From assembly GCF_006345805.1 (NCBI RefSeq), contig NC_043007.1, forward strand, positions 62,372,001-62,436,000: a DNA stretch of 64,000 bases, written 5' to 3'. The stretch comes from Octopus sinensis (lineage: Eukaryota). Position 1 is the first letter of the stretch. Each line of letters begins with the position of its first letter. The notes beneath the pieces were generated by a model, which was not told the origin of the DNA, ran no database searches, and was given only the letters and a program-made list of their open reading frames with translations. Below are positions 60,711 to 64,000 of this stretch, one piece after another. A program made the position numbers and the translations under genes.

Positions 60711-63700
60711 TATATATATATATATATATGTGTGTCATGTATGTATGTATGTATGTATGTATGTATCTGTGTATGTATGTATATTGACACCCATTGTTGG
60801 TGTGTTTATATTCTCTTAACTTAGTGGTTTGGCAAAAGAAACTGATAGAATAAGTACTAGTCTTACAAAGAGTAAGTCCTAGGGTCAATTTGTTCAACTA
60901 AAGGTGGTGTTCCAGCATGGCCACAGTCAAATGACTGAAACAAATAAAAGAATATATTTCTTGCAATATAGATGCTACCCAGCACCCTCAGTCACAATTA
61001 GTGACAATTGAATTTTTCTTTTTTTGGTTTTATATTGTGTATAGCTGCCTTTGTTATTTTATATATATCATCATCATCATCGTTTAACGTCTGCCTTTCA
61101 TGTTGGCATGGCTTGGACGGTTTGACTGAGGACTAGCAAGTCAGGAGGCTGCACCAGGCTCCAATCTGTTCTGGCAAGGTTTCTACAGGTGGATGCCTTT
61201 CCTAACTCCAACCACTCCAAGAGTGGCTTTTACATGCTACTGGCACAGGGGCCAGTCAGGTGGCACTGATACTGACCTCACTCAAATGGTGCTTTTTATG
61301 TGCCACCGGCACAGGAGCCAGTCAGGTGGCACTGGCATCAACCATGCTTGAATAGTGCTCTTTACGTGCCACCCACACTTACACATGTGTATATATACTT
61401 TAGCTTCTCAACATCTGGCACTGAATCATTGACCCTCCCCCCCCCCCATTTAGTTTAGGAGGCTTTTCCCTTTTTCTTACCATTTCCTTTGTCTTTTGTT
61501 CTTTTCTTGTCTTGCAAGCTACTTGATAACCTCTGTAGTGCTGGTGGCAAAAAGGACACCCAGTATATGCTATAAGGTGGTTGGCATTAGGAGGGGCATC
61601 TAGCTGTAAAAACCATGCCAAACCTGACATTGAGCTTGATGTTACCATGCAGCTCACTGGATCCTGTCAAACCATCCAACCCATGCTAGTATGGAAAACA
61701 GATATTAAATGATGATGGTGATAATACATATATATATATATATTGACAAATGCTGATAAATAATTTTACTGTAAAAAAAAAGTAACAATCAAAAACAGAA
61801 CTGACTGTAAACCTAAAACACACATTACAGACTATATGATGCTGTAAATTACATGGTTTACTAGATCTGTCTATTTTATCTACTTTGTTCAGTGTTTGGT
61901 ATTGCTTTTATATCCTCTCCTCTTTCATCCTAACAGTTTCATGTATGATTGCAATCGCATGAATTATTCCCATTCTCAGTTATTGTTAAATGTGAGCCAG
62001 TAAATTTTATTACATTTACATTACATGTTAAAACGCTTCATTTCCAAATGTTAAACCATTTTATACCATTTGTAAAAGGTGTGATCATTACTTCATTTTA
62101 GTTTCTTTCACTTATTTTTATGAATCTTTGTATTTATACAAGAAATGAGTATTGGAAGAGAAACAAGTGGGGGAGTTGATAGAATCTGTAGTGTACTGAA
62201 CTACATGTTTGTAGCCTCTTGTTACAGGGTTCGAATCTTGCTGGGGCTTGTTTTACCTTTTATCCCAAATAGTCATCAAACAAAGAATGGATTAACAAGG
62301 GAGCTTCTATGCAATTATTTGACTTACTAGAAATAATAACCAAGTATCCCTAAAATGATAAAAGTATCCCTACCCTCTTGAAAGAAAAAGATTGGATGGT
62401 CATGATTGGAATGCCTTTGATCATAGGTCTGTTCAGCAGGGTTGACTTGGGGCTAAACCGCATCAACAACCTTTAATATACTGGTTGGTTTCTTTTAGCA
62501 ATATACATCTTTAGCAATTGACTTTCTGCTTAGTCAAAAGAAATTCTTATCTGTATGGTATGCAATGAGTAAAAGAATGTTGTAAATATTTGCAGTTTTG
62601 AAGAGAAATGATTGGGTTAAAATATCTTATATGAGAACTAGGAAATAAGGCAGTATTTATTGTAGGAAATGAAGCCATTATGTTGAAATGGTTGTAGCAT
62701 TTATGCAAGTAGTATTGTGAGTGAAGAATGGATACAACTCAACTGTCTATCAACGATTAAAAGTAATTTATGTTAAAGTTGGCATTAGTTATATAGAGGT
62801 AGCAGGTTAAATATATGGAAGAAACCCTCGAGCGTGTACTATGTTTTAATTCTATCTGAGATCCACACTAGATAAATGTTTTACAGTTAGTTATTATCGA
62901 CTCTGACCAGATAAACTATATCATGCAGGTCAAATTTCTAAGTACAATCCACAGAACAATTGTGTCTACACCTTGTGATGGAGCATCCTTTCAATTGCCA
63001 GCATTTTGTTGTTTCTAGAGAGAAGCTGATTGTAGAGCTTAACACAGTCTTCTGACTTGCCAGCTCCTGCCAAACCATCCAACCCATAGAAAGAGGATGT
63101 TAAACACTGATGATATTAGTGTATAGCAAAGAGTAGAGTCAAATGTTCTGCTGAAGTCAATTATAATTAGATTGGTGCACATAGGTAGTTTGCCGTTTTA
63201 TCAAAGCTGTCATGAATTTTGTCTGTAAGGTTTGTGAGGACTGTGGTGGCTGATTGTAGTCATTTGAAAATGTTGGAACTAAGAATGCAGAAGCTGATGA
63301 TGTCACAGATGAATCTTTCCATTGTTATTATTTTTTTAAGGTGTACATAGGATGTTAAATGATCTGTATGATTGTGCTTTGGCTGAGTTTTTGTTGGGTT
63401 TTGAAACTTAATCCAGTTTCCAAATTCTGTGAATTTATCCATATTGGTACAAATAATTTGTTGATGAGTACAGCAACCTTTCTGGGCCTTATGTGTTTTA
63501 AGTTTCTGAAGCCTTTGTACTTTTTGACTTCACTGGTTTTGGGAAAATTTTTGTTAAGTTTATAAAATGAACTTATTGTATACAGGGCTCTGGTGCACTA
63601 CAGCTCATAGAAAAGGGTAAAAGAAGGGACAGAAACAGCAATAAGTCAAGTAAAGAAAGGAAGCAATGAAATCCAAAATTGCATGCACAGTACACGGAAT

Positions 63701-64000
63701 AAAACACAAAAAGTGAATGATAAGGAGTCATAAAGAGTGAAAGGTACCCAGCATGTCAGAAGTGCTAGCAAATTTTGAGAAGCATAGAATTTTTGAAGGA
63801 TACAGTGTCTCGACACCTAACAACTGATGTGTTTATTCCATGCTTTGACAATTCTGGGTATGAAAACATGTTTCTTAAAATCATTGGCACTGTGCTGTTT
63901 CTTGATTTTATAAGCATGTCTGCAGGTGGTAGAGGTATTGAATTTAAAACAGTGGCCAAAATTGTTGTTGGAAAGATGGTGGCTAATCTTTTGGGCTTCT

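Overview
AT-rich, repeat-saturated animal genomic DNA. The SINE families and the dense (TA)n/(CA)n/(ATT)n/(ATC)n tracts match what I recognise from Octopus genomes; this taxon call is pattern recognition, not a search. No host protein-coding gene can be supported, and nearly all tracked ORFs are microsatellite or repeat artefacts. The coding material is transposon-derived: a near-intact 5'-truncated CR1-group LINE (21598-24890) inserted into an old RTE copy with an 8-bp TSD, a decayed Tc1/mariner (45439-46568), a decayed Penelope-like element (about 58950-60710), and RTE, R4/Dong-like and CR1/L2 3' fragments, plus hAT and TTAA MITEs and Helitron-like elements. The most interesting signals are (1) a cluster of type I hammerhead-ribozyme motifs at 49-58 kb, at least two with intact cores, one of them in an inverted-repeat pair and another near-complete motif inside a perfect 266-bp-arm palindrome; (2) an in-phase U_UUU_UUA slippery site at the CR1 ORF1/ORF2 overlap; (3) head-to-tail SINE arrays whose (ATT)n tails host an always-antiparallel passenger element. 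All folds and alignments were done by eye, and repeat boundaries are approximate (about 10-20 bp) unless a TSD or TIR is quoted.
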